IMG/VR virus record: IMGVR_UViG_3300023179_000072
Location: 1-64,000 of that record
DNA from: a virus
Length of the DNA: 64,000 nt
Reading direction: 5' to 3' (one strand)
Positions 10,687 through 23,313 of the stretch are shown piece by piece. A program made the position numbers and the translations under genes. The stretch's first letter is position 1. Every line of letters begins with the position of its first letter. The notes beneath the pieces were generated by a model. It was given only the letters and a program-made list of their open reading frames with translations, searched no databases and was not told where the DNA came from.

Positions 10687-10872
10687 TCAATCGGGTATGC
10701 CGTTCTCTAGTCTATATAACATAGCCTCTATTTGAAAGGTATTTTGCTCTATAACCATTTGTCGTGGCGTTTTATTATCAAATGCCGGATTAGGAGAGTC
10801 CAGCCAAGAATCAATAAATTCTTCTCTTACTATCTGTTTTAGTCTTTCTTTAAGTTCGTCTGTTGTTTTCAT
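10687..10872 (-). CDS. Stand-alone Xre/MbcA/ParS antitoxin C-terminal domain (DUF2384-like)
   Basis: WLDSPNPAFDNKTP..M......E..L-RLENG. Confidence 0.8.
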   Translation of the reverse strand: MKTTDELKERLKQIVREEFIDSWLDSPNPAFDNKTPRQMVIEQNTFQIEAMLYRLENGIPD

Positions 10873-10873
10873 T

Positions 10874-11131
10874 TTACTTCTTTATCCATCCGTTGTGTAA
10901 GTTCACAACATATTCCGCCGTTTCTCTATCAATACTACCATCTGGAATAATGTATTCAAATTCATCAATTCTTTCAGTATCCCCAACTGTATTTTTATAT
11001 AGTATTTTTTCAGTTGGAAGAATAATTCTACACCAACAACTTTCTCCAGTATTACAAGTTGTTAATTTCCAAGGTATAGTCAAACTATACTTGTGGGCTT
11101 CGTCATAACTATTAAAAATTTGTTCAGACAT
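10874..11131 (-). CDS. Hypothetical protein
   Basis: 85-aa ORF with CNTGESCWCR. Confidence 0.7.
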   Translation of the reverse strand: MSEQIFNSYDEAHKYSLTIPWKLTTCNTGESCWCRIILPTEKILYKNTVGDTERIDEFEYIIPDGSIDRETAEYVVNLHNGWIKK

Positions 11132-11293
11132 TAGTTATTGTTACCTGTATGCTATCGAAGACATGACATACCGCTTCGTATGGGTTTATTCACTACCTTA
11201 AATCTAAAAGCATATTCTCCATCACCATATTCTTTACACAGATATTGGTATAGAATATCTCTAACATCATCTTCTGATAAATCAATCTCTGTT

Positions 11294-11692
11294 TTATTTT
11301 GTATTTTCATAAATTTTAGGCATTATTTCTTGAGTGTACCAAATAACACGATTCTTATCTGCTAGTATATGCTGTTCGAGATTTTTACGTTCATCATAAT
11401 CTAACTGCGAATATCTTTTAACAGCAAAATTTTCCCAAGTTTTAGTATCATAATCTCCAAAAGGAGAATTGGCTTCTGAATCTTTCCTATATTCATCATA
11501 CAAATATTCCAAAACATCTCGTACAACAACAACTTTAGTATTACTATCAAGACTATCCCAGTGTAGACTAATCCAGTCTTGAACTGCTCCCGGAACATAA
11601 GTATAACGCCCAAGAGCGTATCGCAATGCTGACATTACCATAATGCCACCATTAGTATCGCAATCAAATTTATTTATCTTAGTTTTTGACAT
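11294..11692 (-). CDS. Hypothetical protein (ALRYALGR-TY family)
   Basis: Recurrent phage motif. Confidence 0.7.
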   Translation of the reverse strand: MSKTKINKFDCDTNGGIMVMSALRYALGRYTYVPGAVQDWISLHWDSLDSNTKVVVVRDVLEYLYDEYRKDSEANSPFGDYDTKTWENFAVKRYSQLDYDERKNLEQHILADKNRVIWYTQEIMPKIYENTK

Positions 11693-12034
11693 AATTCAAT
11701 CTTACTTGTTTAGGTTGGACAAATTTATTCCTGTACTTTTGTTCCCATATCATACGGATAACCATTTTCAGGGTCATCACTATAAACTCCCTCATAATCA
11801 TTATCCCACCAAGGAATTTTACTATCGGGTAATACACTATCTGAGTCAGTGGTCATATCATTCTCTCCACAGTGCCACTTGGCCCATTAATAATCTCTAA
11901 TATAGCTCTCATACTCATATCAACATCATAACATAGAGTTGCAACTTTTTCGTCATGATAATCAAATTTTATTGCTATCAATTGAATTTCTTCAACAATA
12001 GTTTTTATATCTTCTATTTCTTCTTGTGTTAACA

Positions 12035-12256
12035 TTATTGATTTTTCCATGTGTTTTTTAATATCTCTAATACTTTAGATACATTTTCCTCTTTATAATA
12101 TGGATCAATTTCAGATTTAAAAATTTCATAATATTTTTCTTTCCAAACATTATGTAAAACATTCATTAGACTTTGACCATATGTCCAATTAAAATAACTA
12201 TGGGTTTGATTTACTAACTTAATAAATTCTTCATAGCTCATAATCTGATCTTTCAT
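12035..12256 (-). CDS. 'RYGQ' family small protein
   Basis: WTYGQSLMNVL-NVW-EKY..DPYY. Confidence 0.7.
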   Translation of the reverse strand: MKDQIMSYEEFIKLVNQTHSYFNWTYGQSLMNVLHNVWKEKYYEIFKSEIDPYYKEENVSKVLEILKNTWKNQ

Positions 12257-12453
12257 TTAAGTTTTTTAATGTATCCATTATATCTAATAATAGATCACTA
12301 TCAAATTCTTTTTCTATTGGAGTAAATATCCATTCTTTAGATTGGTTAAGCATAAAATATCCATGTATGCTTTTATATAAAAAATTGCTAACCTTTTCTA
12401 AGTGTGGGCCATTACATTTCCAAGGAGTTATACAGTTTGGGCATTCCATAATA

Positions 12454-13125
12454 TTAAAATGTTTTAAGTTCTATGTTACCATTATATATTTCCAAAAATG
12501 AACAAACTTTTTCTGTCCAACATCCACTATTAGCATACCATACTTTATGATTTTTGTCAACCATTGGATTATGTGTATGTCCTAAACAAACACAATCTAT
12601 ACTTTTGTTTAAAGCATATTTGCGAGAACTATTAATCATATTTTCTGTACATCTTAAATATGTTTTAGATCTTTGTTTAAGAAAAACGGGCAAATATTTT
12701 TTGTCAAATTTTTGTATGATACGATATAAAAAGTCTGCTAATTTTGATGTATTGGGATATTTATAGATAAAATCATCAAATTGATCACCATGTAAACATA
12801 GTATAGTTTTATTACCACTAGAAAATACATATTCATTTTTAAAATCAACACCAATAAGATGAGATACTATTTCAGCATCACCATCATGATTACCTCTTAT
12901 CCATATTATTTCGATGCGTTTACTAATGTCTCTTAGCAAAGATAATATATCCCAATGACTTGTTTTTAGTCTACGAAAATCTAAATTATCAAAGAAATCA
13001 CCATTGATAATTAACCTATCAGTTTTTGTATGTACTAATTGTAAAAAAGTATATAATTTTTTACTCTCACACACACTACTGCCTAAATGAGTATCGCTAA
13101 TGATAATAGCATCATTTTTTATCAT
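12454..13125 (-). CDS. Calcineurin-like metallophosphoesterase, UDP-2,3-diacylglucosamine hydrolase (LpxH)-like
   Basis: SDTHLG, GDFFD, GNHD, HGDQFD, GHTH, NSGCW. Confidence 0.85.
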   Translation of the reverse strand: MIKNDAIIISDTHLGSSVCESKKLYTFLQLVHTKTDRLIINGDFFDNLDFRRLKTSHWDILSLLRDISKRIEIIWIRGNHDGDAEIVSHLIGVDFKNEYVFSSGNKTILCLHGDQFDDFIYKYPNTSKLADFLYRIIQKFDKKYLPVFLKQRSKTYLRCTENMINSSRKYALNKSIDCVCLGHTHNPMVDKNHKVWYANSGCWTEKVCSFLEIYNGNIELKTF

Positions 13126-13509
13126 AAAACTATAGAATAAAAGAAGGATAATCTAATATAATATCTGAATTTTTTACTACATTTTTTTGATCAATTTTTG
13201 TAGGAAAATTAACAGAAGATTGGGTTATTTGTTTATCTAAAAAAGTATCATTTCTAACTGCTGTTATTTCAAATACTTTTGGCATACTAATGTCATTAAT
13301 ATAGATCACAAAGAAAATTTGAGCAAAAGAAAAAAGCAGCATTTCAATCTTATAGAAACCCTGCCGAAACTTTACGGAAGTTGATTTAAGTTTAGATACC
13401 CGCGACTAAACACCTTTCGGCTCAACTATTGGATTGTATCCAATTATCGTCATTTGTCAACGGTCAAATTGCAATAGTTTCAGTTTCCAGTTCATTCAGA
13501 CATCGAAAA

Positions 13510-14115
13510 TCATATTTTATAGGTTTCTAATTCATTAAGGCAAACAAATTTAGTGTCACCATATTGGGTAGTCTTACTAACATGATAATGACCATGAATA
13601 AAAAGCTTTGGTTGATGAATATTATACAATTCCCCTAAAGCCCAATTAGTTATGTTCTCATATATGCGACTATGAGGACCAATATATCTGGAAACCATAA
13701 AATCTGGACAGTCATGTGCTAATACAATATCTGGCTTAATTTTTCTATAAAGTTCCCTAGCTTGCATAAATTGCTCAATAGAAAGCTGCTCATCTTCAAA
13801 ATAATCTATACCTATAGTTCGATATTGTCTATCTATACTATAAGCACCTCTATAGTAGAAAAAATTTACAGAATTAACACTAGTATAACCATAGTCGCCT
13901 AGGTAATGAGGAATATGAATAATTTTATCCATATTATCATGATTGCCACTAACAATTTTAAATTTATCTGGATCAACATTATCAAGCGTACTATAGTCAA
14001 AACCTAGATCACCAATTTGTATTATATATTCATACCTATCTTTTTCACGAATAATTTCATGTAAACGTCTGTACTTGCCGTGAACATCACCCAAAATTGT
14101 AATTGTTTTGCTCAT
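13510..14115 (-). CDS. Metallophosphoesterase
   Basis: GDVHG, GDLG, GNHD, GAYSIDR, HDCP, HGHYH. Confidence 0.88.
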   Translation of the reverse strand: MSKTITILGDVHGKYRRLHEIIREKDRYEYIIQIGDLGFDYSTLDNVDPDKFKIVSGNHDNMDKIIHIPHYLGDYGYTSVNSVNFFYYRGAYSIDRQYRTIGIDYFEDEQLSIEQFMQARELYRKIKPDIVLAHDCPDFMVSRYIGPHSRIYENITNWALGELYNIHQPKLFIHGHYHVSKTTQYGDTKFVCLNELETYKI

Positions 14116-14278
14116 TATTGGTGTATCTTGTATTGCTTAGGAAATATTTAGAAGAACAATTTGTTGATGGAATGAGTTGGGATAATTATGGTTTTTATGG
14201 TTGGCATATAGACCAACTCAAGCCTTGTTCAAGAGACATTCTTAAATCTTGTAACAATCTCAAATTACAGTAATCATT

Positions 14279-16707
14279 TTATAAATCCATATCTATATTG
14301 TGTTCATTAATTAGTTTATAGAATTCATCTTTTATGCGATTTAGGGCATCATCAGCATCTTTAAAGTCATTGCCATATTTATGCCAACAACGCAATTGTT
14401 GACTAAAATCTAACAAAAAAGATCTAATCTTTGGTACATTATGAAAAAGTTCATAATCGTCTTTTTCTTCTGGCATATCAAATTCATATATTATTTTCAT
14501 ATTATATCGTATTTTGTTCCATCAAGAGGATCATTATCATAAGGATATTTAAAACAATCTAATATAGTTTTACGTTTGTCGGAGATAAATTTAACAATTT
14601 CCATAAAGCAACCTTCACAAAAATCAATTCTATATTTCTTACCATCATTTTTTGAACCATAACCCCAAATTGCTTCTAGAGTTGCAGATTCAGTGCCAAA
14701 GTTATCAGTTGTACAACATTTTCCACAAGCATCACAATATATTTGATCTTCAACTTTACGAATAATTTCTTTATATGTTTTCATTTTAGATCTATTAATT
14801 ATCGTATGGTTTAATAATCCAACCCATCTTTAGTAAGTCATTTCTAATTTCTGTTGTAACAAAACTTTCAGAAACAAATCCATCCATATTATCAGATGCT
14901 ATACCAGAACAATAAAAATCCATATAGTCTTCATTCATATCTCTGATTTCAGCAATTAAACCACCAGAATATCTCCAACTACAAGTCCACTCTTGATCAT
15001 TTTTAAAAAATCTATTATTACACATACTAGCATATAAATTTTGAGCATAAGATATGCTGCTTTTGCATTTATGTATAATGTCTAAATTTCTCAACAGATC
15101 ATTTTCTAAATCTTCTTTTTGTATCATAGGTCAACTCTATTTGCCGTATTTACTTTTTAACAAATCAACTATTTGTCCAGCAGTAAAACAAACAGTATTT
15201 CCTCCTAAATAATATTGTGCCGTTAATTCTAACATACTATTTACATGATTAGGGTCGTTATAAATTTTAGACCATTTTGGTTTATATTCATTTTTGATAT
15301 ATTCACCAACACTATCATAGAATCTATTTATCATTTTAAGGGCTTTTTTATTCATACAATATTGTCGTCTATATTAGAGTTATCTAACCCAAATACTTGC
15401 GTAAAAGTATTAAACAAAACTCTTTCGTGAGCCTCTATTAAAATAGATAAACCTTCCAGCGCATTTGCTGTTTCATCTAAAGTTAATTGTTTTTCTAAGA
15501 TATCATTTGCTAAGTTTCTAAGATGCTTAGAAAATATGCTTGTTAGCGATATTTCACTTTCTAAGTCAAATCTATTTTTCATAGTTTATACTCTGGTTGG
15601 TGAACGATAAAATTGACGTATAGTTTCCCATGCGGGTAATTCATAGAATGGATCGCCTTCGTTTAAGCAAATACCATTTTTATCATAAACATCATAAAAT
15701 GAAACATTCCGCTTATCATAATCTTCCCAACAATCATAATTTGCCCAAACTTCAAACATAGAATTTGATGCTGTACTGTTGTTATCAAAATGATAAACTG
15801 CCACAATTTCTGCGTACATATAGCCTCCTTGGATACTACTAGTATATCACAATCATCGGCTTTGTCAAATACAAAGTTTAAAAATTACAAGCAGCCGACC
15901 TATGATTATATATTAATCCCTTTGTTTTTCATATTCCTGAATATCTATCTGAAAATCTTCAGTTTCTCCCAAAACGACAGCAGCACAATAAAGGATATGT
16001 TCTCGCGGATCATTATCGTCTTGGATAAACTCTTGATAACTTACCTGTTCAGTATCGCTATCAAAAATATATCTGGCACATTCCATAGCGGCGTCAACAT
16101 AAGTCAATTCGGTTTGAGTTTTCATATTGTCTCCTAAATTAGATTACCAATGATGTATTGTATTTGCTATAATAAATCCACAAGTGATAAAGTTAATCAA
16201 AATTATACATAGTTTTATCCAAAATGCTGTCCACGCTTCTACTTGTGTTAAAATAGGAACATGTGGGGCATCTTCGTCTGTTTGACCAACTCTATGATCT
16301 ATTGCTCTTGCTAAAATTAGCAAAATTTTTTTGTTTGATAGTTTTTTCACAGTTTAAAAATTTTATTTATTAGTTTGGGATTATTTGAGTATTTTATATT
16401 GATATTGTTTGACCAGAGCAATAAAAATATACCAAAAAATACAAGCCAATTAGTATTAGTAATAATTAAATAACAACCAAAAATACAGAGCAAACAACTT
16501 ATAAGTAATTCCATAAAAATTTTATTCATTAATTTCCTCGTTAACAAAGTCTTGAATAAATTCTGCTAATTGTAGCAATTCACTTTTTTCCATTGATATC
16601 TTGTGAGATTGATTATTTTGATGAATCCACAAATTAAAGTAATCATCTTCATACCTACAAATTTTGAAAGTTTGTGCCCAACTTTCATATGTGCTTAGAT
16701 ACTTCAT
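14279..16707 (-). other. Run of about 10 small hypothetical genes
   Basis: Abutting/overlapping 60-110 aa ORFs (14279, 14497, 14795, 15137, 15352, 15586, 15913, 16144, 16347, 16522). Confidence 0.7.
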
Positions 16708-17574
16708 ATTACTTCCATCGTCTTGCAGGATCTCTTTTTGAGGGTTTAGTATAATAACTAATCGTTTTTGTAGTAACAGAATATGGTAAAAGATCTTTAA
16801 TATCTTGTGAACTAGTTACAGGATTATATTCTGCATAATTTGATATGTTTTTTTTGATAGCTCTATAAATTCTATAAAATAAATTCATGCTTTTTCCTTT
16901 TTAAAAAATATCTTCTTTATCATTATGAATAAAATCATCTTCTAAAATATATTTAGAGTCATTAATATCTATTTCATCATAATCATCTTTTGGATAATCT
17001 ACAAAACTCATTATAATTGAAAGAAATCCCAAAATTACTATAAAACATAGCAAAGAGATAAAAAAAATTTTGATTTCCATAGTTTATATTTTAGTATTTT
17101 GATTTGATCAAATTCTTTAATATAGAAACATATTTTTCTGCATCACTTCTGGTAGAAAATTCTGTAACAATATTTGATTTGTTATTTTTAGAAATAGACA
17201 AAGGTTTACCATTTTTTGTAACAATAAACTTGTCACCATAATTCATGATATCATAAGTATCTTTCATTAAGTTTCTCCTACTGTGTAGTAGTTATTGTAT
17301 ACCATTTCGTAGTTTTTGTCAAGGGCTACGACATTTTTAGATTTTATGGTTGATTATTATCTGTAATTTTTAGTATTAGATGATAATACTTTTGTTATTT
17401 AGTGCTTCTAGCATTGTCTTTTGGCAATAAATCATTATCTTGTTTATAATTAGGATTAGATGGCCTACCATTTCTAGCTAAATATAAAAAGGCTTTAACA
17501 CGCGCTATTCCACCAATCATAAATACGAACACAAATCATATATCCTAAAATACTAAATAAAACTAAACCAGCCA

Positions 17575-20500
17575 TTATATGTCACCTACTTCCATAAAAT
17601 CCATATCAAGATTAAGTTCATCCCAATCATTTTCTGTCACATTACCCACCACAATATATGTATCATCTTTATAATAATCTTTAGATCTATCATATTCTAT
17701 ATAAAAATCCTCAGATTGAGCCGACTTCATTTGATTAAGATCAGTCACAAGTTCTTGAGCTTCTTTATGACCAATAACAGTACTAAAACATTTAATAAGG
17801 ATCATCATTCTTTTTCTCCAATAGTCTTATAAATATAATCGGCCAAACCCTTCAAATCTTCCCTAGATAATGGTGGTTCATCAAAAAATCCGTTTCTAGC
17901 ATGAAAAGCGACATCATAATCTTTAGTTCTTTGATTAATTGGATTTTCTCTTTTCTCAATAAAGAATTTTAGATAATCACAAGTATAAGGATTAGTATAT
18001 TTCATTCTACCTCCCAACTTTCAATTTCCATATCATAATATCCATTACGATAATAAGACGTATCTCCATAAGATTGTCTTTTACATTTAGCCAATTTGTT
18101 ATCGGCTACGAACTTTCTTGCGTCATCGTCATTAGAAAATACTCTTACAATTTCTTTATCTGGATGAGGCAAAAACTCTCCACCAATAGTATCCTGATAA
18201 ACATTTTCTTTTTCGCCAATCACAATATAAACTGTCATACTTTTTCCTTGGCCTGAAATTGAATTATTGGCAACCGACTAGATTGTATCAGTTGATCTAA
18301 ACTTTGTAAAGAGGTTGAGTTTAAAGTTCGTAAATAATCATCAAAATTATTCCAATCTTTTTTATCTATCATTAACCAATACTCTCGCTCAGAATATCCT
18401 AACGAATCTTCATTGTGACATTCTACTCGACCAGCCGCCCAATTATCTCCATTTTGTTCTATCCATTCTTGGTTCATTATAAGTTCTTGAACCAAATAGT
18501 AGTGCCACATAATTATTCTGGTTTCTCCACCAATTTAACAATAGTTCCATCTTTAAACTTTATTTCAATCCAATCTTTCCAAGGACTATCAAAACCAGTA
18601 TAAAATACTCGTTGTATACTAATTATAGGACAGGTTTTCTTGCCTAGTCGCCCCATTAGATAATTAATTAGTTGATTCATTTTTCTCATAAAATATTGTT
18701 CGGTTTTATCTACATCTTATCACTAGAACTAACAGCGTATGCAACTTAATCATGCCTTACTAGTTTGCTGATAGCAGACCGGACGCACCGAAACCGGGAT
18801 AGCGTAAGTATACTATGTATATCGGAATTGTCAAGCATAGCCTTTAAAGAAAAGCCTTGCCCCACATATATTTACCATTAAGAGTTTTTCCAAATCTCTC
18901 AATAGTAAAAATTGTCAACTTAAAATCTTCTTTATAAATACAATCATGACGCTTAGACCAATCAGCAGCATCAGCCCAGTTATTAAATATCAAACATTCT
19001 GGAAATGGGCCAAGATTGCCAAGATTAGCAATCTCAATAGGATCAAAATACAATACTAGTTTATTCATTTATTTTCCCCATTAGGATCAAATCCTATTAA
19101 TTGATAATAAAACTTAAATAAGTTTTCAATACTCTCACCAATTTTATGCCACAATTCACTATCAATATCCAGAGTATCTCTATAGTCTTGCATACAAGAA
19201 ATAGCGATCATAATATCTTCAGCAAGAGTTGGTTTATTTAGATTGCTCATGATTTATAGTATTGCTTTGTTTAGCGATGTTTTATCTATAATAGATATAT
19301 TGCCGTCAATGTCTTGCTCAATGTATAGATTTTTGGACTCATAGATTTTGATTGGATTCTTAGGTGGGCCATTATTTAATTTATCCCACTCTTGTTTAAG
19401 TTTATCAATATGATATTGAACCGCTTTATCAGTCATAATCCATATCCTTTAAGAATATTTGTAACATAATTTTGTGTTTTAATAATATCTATGGCTCTGA
19501 TAGCATCTTCTAGAGAAACAAACTCATTGGGTAAATTAGAATATGTGACTACTGTATTATTTTCTAGAATAATGAATTTATTATCTTGTTTAGTAATAGA
19601 TAGATTCATTTCTTTTGCTCATCAAAATAGGGAGGTAGTGGCATCCAATGACTACAGGGAAACCAATCATCATTAATATCTCCATATTCCATTACAATAG
19701 CCTTGCCGTCTGTCCATTGACCTTCCCACCATCCAAGATTTACTTCTGTAAGAGGATCATCTAAGTAAAAAAGAACACGCTCCCCTTCTTGTGGTAATCT
19801 CTCTATTATAGAAATCCATTTTGTATTTATTTGAAATTTTACCCACTCAAACCATTGATCTGGAGTAAAATTATAGTATCCTTCTGGCCCTTTGCTGGAC
19901 AATAATTCTCCAAGTTTCAAAGCAACATTTTGCCATTCATTAGTCATTTCTTTACCTTTTGTCTCTATTAATAGATATTTGAATAGTACCAACAATCAAT
20001 CCTAGTTTTAGTTCTTTTAATTCTTGATCGAATCTACTCATAATTTTATCAATTTTTTCTTTTAAACTCATTTTTTGTCTTTAAAATTAGTTGAAACTCT
20101 ATCCATACTAACTTGACTAATTATACCATTCTGAAATTCAATTTGCATATAACTCTTAAAAGGACGAATAAGTTCTATAATAGTATCACCATCAACTCCG
20201 TCCTCTTTTAACCAGTTAAGTCTTTCTATAAGTTCATTTAATGTCATTTCTTTTCTCCAATCTTGATTGGTTTTATCCCATCAAATCCCCAACAATCTCG
20301 TATGCTCCAAAATAGATTATCATGCTCTTGTCCGCAACATTCACAAATTTGTTGATAATCATATTCTGTTTTACCAGCCCTATCCAACCCTTTATAATCA
20401 TAGCCATAAGGATCATACCCGTCCAGATCATAAGGATTTTCACCAGCATATTTCTCAAACCAGTTTTGGTCTTTTTGATATGCTACACTAACTGTTGGAC

Positions 20501-22028
20501 TATATTTGCCTTTCATTTATCATACTTTCTTTTTAGTCTTAGATAAGTTTGATATTCAACATCTTGTTGTTTTCTTTTTGATTGTTTGGTCTGATTTCTG
20601 GTTTTCATTAGTTTCTTAACTCTAGCATCAAATTCTTTATCATTTTCCCAACGCTCAATATAAACATCAAATTCACCAGTAAATTTATCTACCCAATTAT
20701 TATCTTCTACCCAAATTTCATAAGCATCTGGAAATGTTTCCTGATAATATAGTTGAAGTTCTAGTATGCGTTTAATTATGTCGCCAAAATTTCCTGTTAA
20801 AGTTGAAAAATCAATAACTCCAACTCGTTCTTTTACTTTTTGTCGTTTAATTTTTATTGTCATTTCTTTCCCCAACTATCTATAAAAATAGGATTGCCGT
20901 GTTTATCAGTTCCTACTATTGGTCTAACATATTGCCATTCTGTGTTTTCTTCTTTATCTTTACAAATTGAACACTTATCATTAGTGGACAATATTCTTTC
21001 TTTAGCATCTGCCCAAACTTTTCCACCATATTCAGCCATCCAATCTTGATACGCTTGATGGGCCGCTTTGCTACTTTTAAATCGTTCAATTAAATTAAAT
21101 TCAAAAGTATCTAGGCGACGAATAATATCAGTACCATAAACCAGTTCGTTACCTTGGGGTTGGCCGTATTTCTCAGAGTATTTCATTTAACAATAATCCT
21201 TACATTTTAAATGAATATTGTGATTATAATCATAATCATGTTTTTTGCTAATTGTTTCAACGATATCAATAGATTTATAGTAGTTTAAATCAAGAAGTTT
21301 AGAAGATATGAGATTTAGAAGTAATTTTGGTCTTAGAGATTCGCAAATGATTTCATAAGCATAATCTTCTTTGTTAATAGTTCCAAATCCATAAACACAA
21401 AAACATTTATTTGATTGAATAGATTCATCAGTAAAAATTTGTAATTGATCCGTAAATACTTGTAAATCTTTTATATATGATAAGTATTTAGAAGGCGATT
21501 CCAAAAATTGAATTTTTTTATTAAAACCATCAATAAATGCGTTAACCGCACTTTCATAATCTTTATAAATAGTCATTTGTTTCTTTCCACTAATTTTTCA
21601 ATACCACCAGAAGCCCCACAAATTATCTCCATCATTACTTTATTACATTCTAATATATCGTTATAAATAGTTTGATAATCTTTCCAAATCTCCAGACTAG
21701 GGCCGCTTGCAGATAGGGACAAAGGCATTTTACCCAATCTTTTTAGACTATCTAACTGTTCATTTAATACAGTTTTAATATCGTCAATATCTTGATTAAT
21801 CATTATTTTTCTCCAAATACTTGTAAATAAAATCGGCTATCTAATCTATGGTCGTTCCATCCTTGAGACAATTATAGCAAAAATGATGGACATAATTAGT
21901 CCTATAAGACTACCACCAAACCATGCTCCTAAAGTCCAGATAATTGCATCTCTACTAATCATTATTTTTTTCAACATTCCTTTCAAAGATTTAGCCAAAT
22001 TTTCCACATCATCAATACCCCCCCACAT
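17575..22028 (-). other. Run of small hypothetical genes
   Basis: Co-oriented ORFs with ATGA-type overlaps. Confidence 0.65.
19606..19947 (-). CDS. DUF551-domain protein
   Basis: WISIIERLP..VL..HWMPLP. Confidence 0.8.
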   Translation of the reverse strand: MTNEWQNVALKLGELLSSKGPEGYYNFTPDQWFEWVKFQINTKWISIIERLPQEGERVLFYLDDPLTEVNLGWWEGQWTDGKAIVMEYGDINDDWFPCSHWMPLPPYFDEQKK

Positions 22029-22192
22029 ATATTTATATCCAAAAAATGACCCATTCTCAATATACCGTTGGTAACTTTCTAATTAGTCTAGAATTAGATC
22101 AATTTCATGCTTATCAAGATTAATATTCATTTTTCTCAATAGTCTTATAAAGAGTGTTAGACAAAATAACTTGTTGAACGAAATATATTATT

Positions 22193-22387
22193 TTAGTTTG
22201 CATTATTTTTCTCCAAATAGTTATTGATAAAATCGGCCAATCCCTTTAGTTCTTCCTTGGTTAATTTCATTTTCATCCATTCCCAAGAGATAGCATTATT
22301 AATAGTCAGATTAAGTAGGCTACCATGTCGTTCAAGATCAAACCTGAAAACATCTGCCTTATAAGAATCTTTGATTATCAAACTCAT
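22193..22387 (-). CDS. 'LKGLADFI' family protein
   Basis: Paralog of 7719..7907. Confidence 0.75.
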   Translation of the reverse strand: MSLIIKDSYKADVFRFDLERHGSLLNLTINNAISWEWMKMKLTKEELKGLADFINNYLEKNNAN

Positions 22388-22390
22388 TAT

Positions 22391-22774
22391 TTATTCTCCG
22401 CACTGGATTCCTGTTGTAAAAACTATACCCTTACGAGACAGAATGGTTTGTGGTTGATCGAATTTGTTAATACGGCTAACCACCCATCCATATTTTGGCT
22501 TATCATCTTTCCAACCATACTCATTAGTAATATGAACACAATGTCTTTGATAATCGAAAGCCCAGTGGCCTTTATTCTGGTATTGAAAACAATGACTAAA
22601 AGTTATGGTTCCAATAATTCTGCTCTTAAACTTAGCCGATTTCCCCGGAGTCTCAATCAATGCCAACTCAACATTCTCATACTTCTTAGGTAGGCTATAT
22701 GATCTTGTTTCTACGGTTTTAGATCCATTCATTAAAAGATGACTCCAAGGAGTCTGTATGTTTATACCAGTCAT
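22391..22774 (-). CDS. ASCH domain protein
   Basis: I-xxPW..L...G-xKTVETR, IIGT, YGW. Confidence 0.85.
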   Translation of the reverse strand: MTGINIQTPWSHLLMNGSKTVETRSYSLPKKYENVELALIETPGKSAKFKSRIIGTITFSHCFQYQNKGHWAFDYQRHCVHITNEYGWKDDKPKYGWVVSRINKFDQPQTILSRKGIVFTTGIQCGE

Positions 22775-22972
22775 TCTTGCACCAGAAAGTTATTGATTAA
22801 GTTAGCCAGTTTCCACCATTAAATAAGTTTGTGTTCTTTTAAAATCTTGTACAAATTTTCCATATCTTTTTCATCCAACCGTAGTTCTTCTGGATAATCA
22901 TTGTTGTAATTGAATATTCTAATCAAATAAGGTTTGTTTTTCAAATTAGGATTGTAATGAATTTCTATAAGA

Positions 22973-23233
22973 TCATAATCCAAATTTAGAGTTCTGATCT
23001 TTGTCATTTTTTGTCCAAGCTTTATTGTCTGATAAATATTGCATTATCTTATTGCCCACATTATTCACACTATCATTTTTAGCATAATAATCATCCAACA
23101 TATTCTTTATAGTATATCTTTCATCTTGAGTTAAATCTCTTAATGAAGATGACCGATTTCCCCCATATTCATCATCAATATAATCTGCAACAGCCAGCAG
23201 AAATTGATTAAATGATAGGTTGTTTGATTTCAT
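22973..23233 (-). CDS. Hypothetical protein (paralog of the C-terminus of 7900..8289)
   Basis: VADYIDDEYG..TIK-ML..YY..N..N..QYL-D..W. Confidence 0.7.
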   Translation of the reverse strand: MKSNNLSFNQFLLAVADYIDDEYGGNRSSSLRDLTQDERYTIKNMLDDYYAKNDSVNNVGNKIMQYLSDNKAWTKNDKDQNSKFGL

Positions 23234-23313
23234 TCTGATTTGTGGGTTTGTTTTGATTTGTGGGTTTTCGGTGTATTCTACCATATGAAGTATCGACTGT
23301 CAAGGAGACAAAC

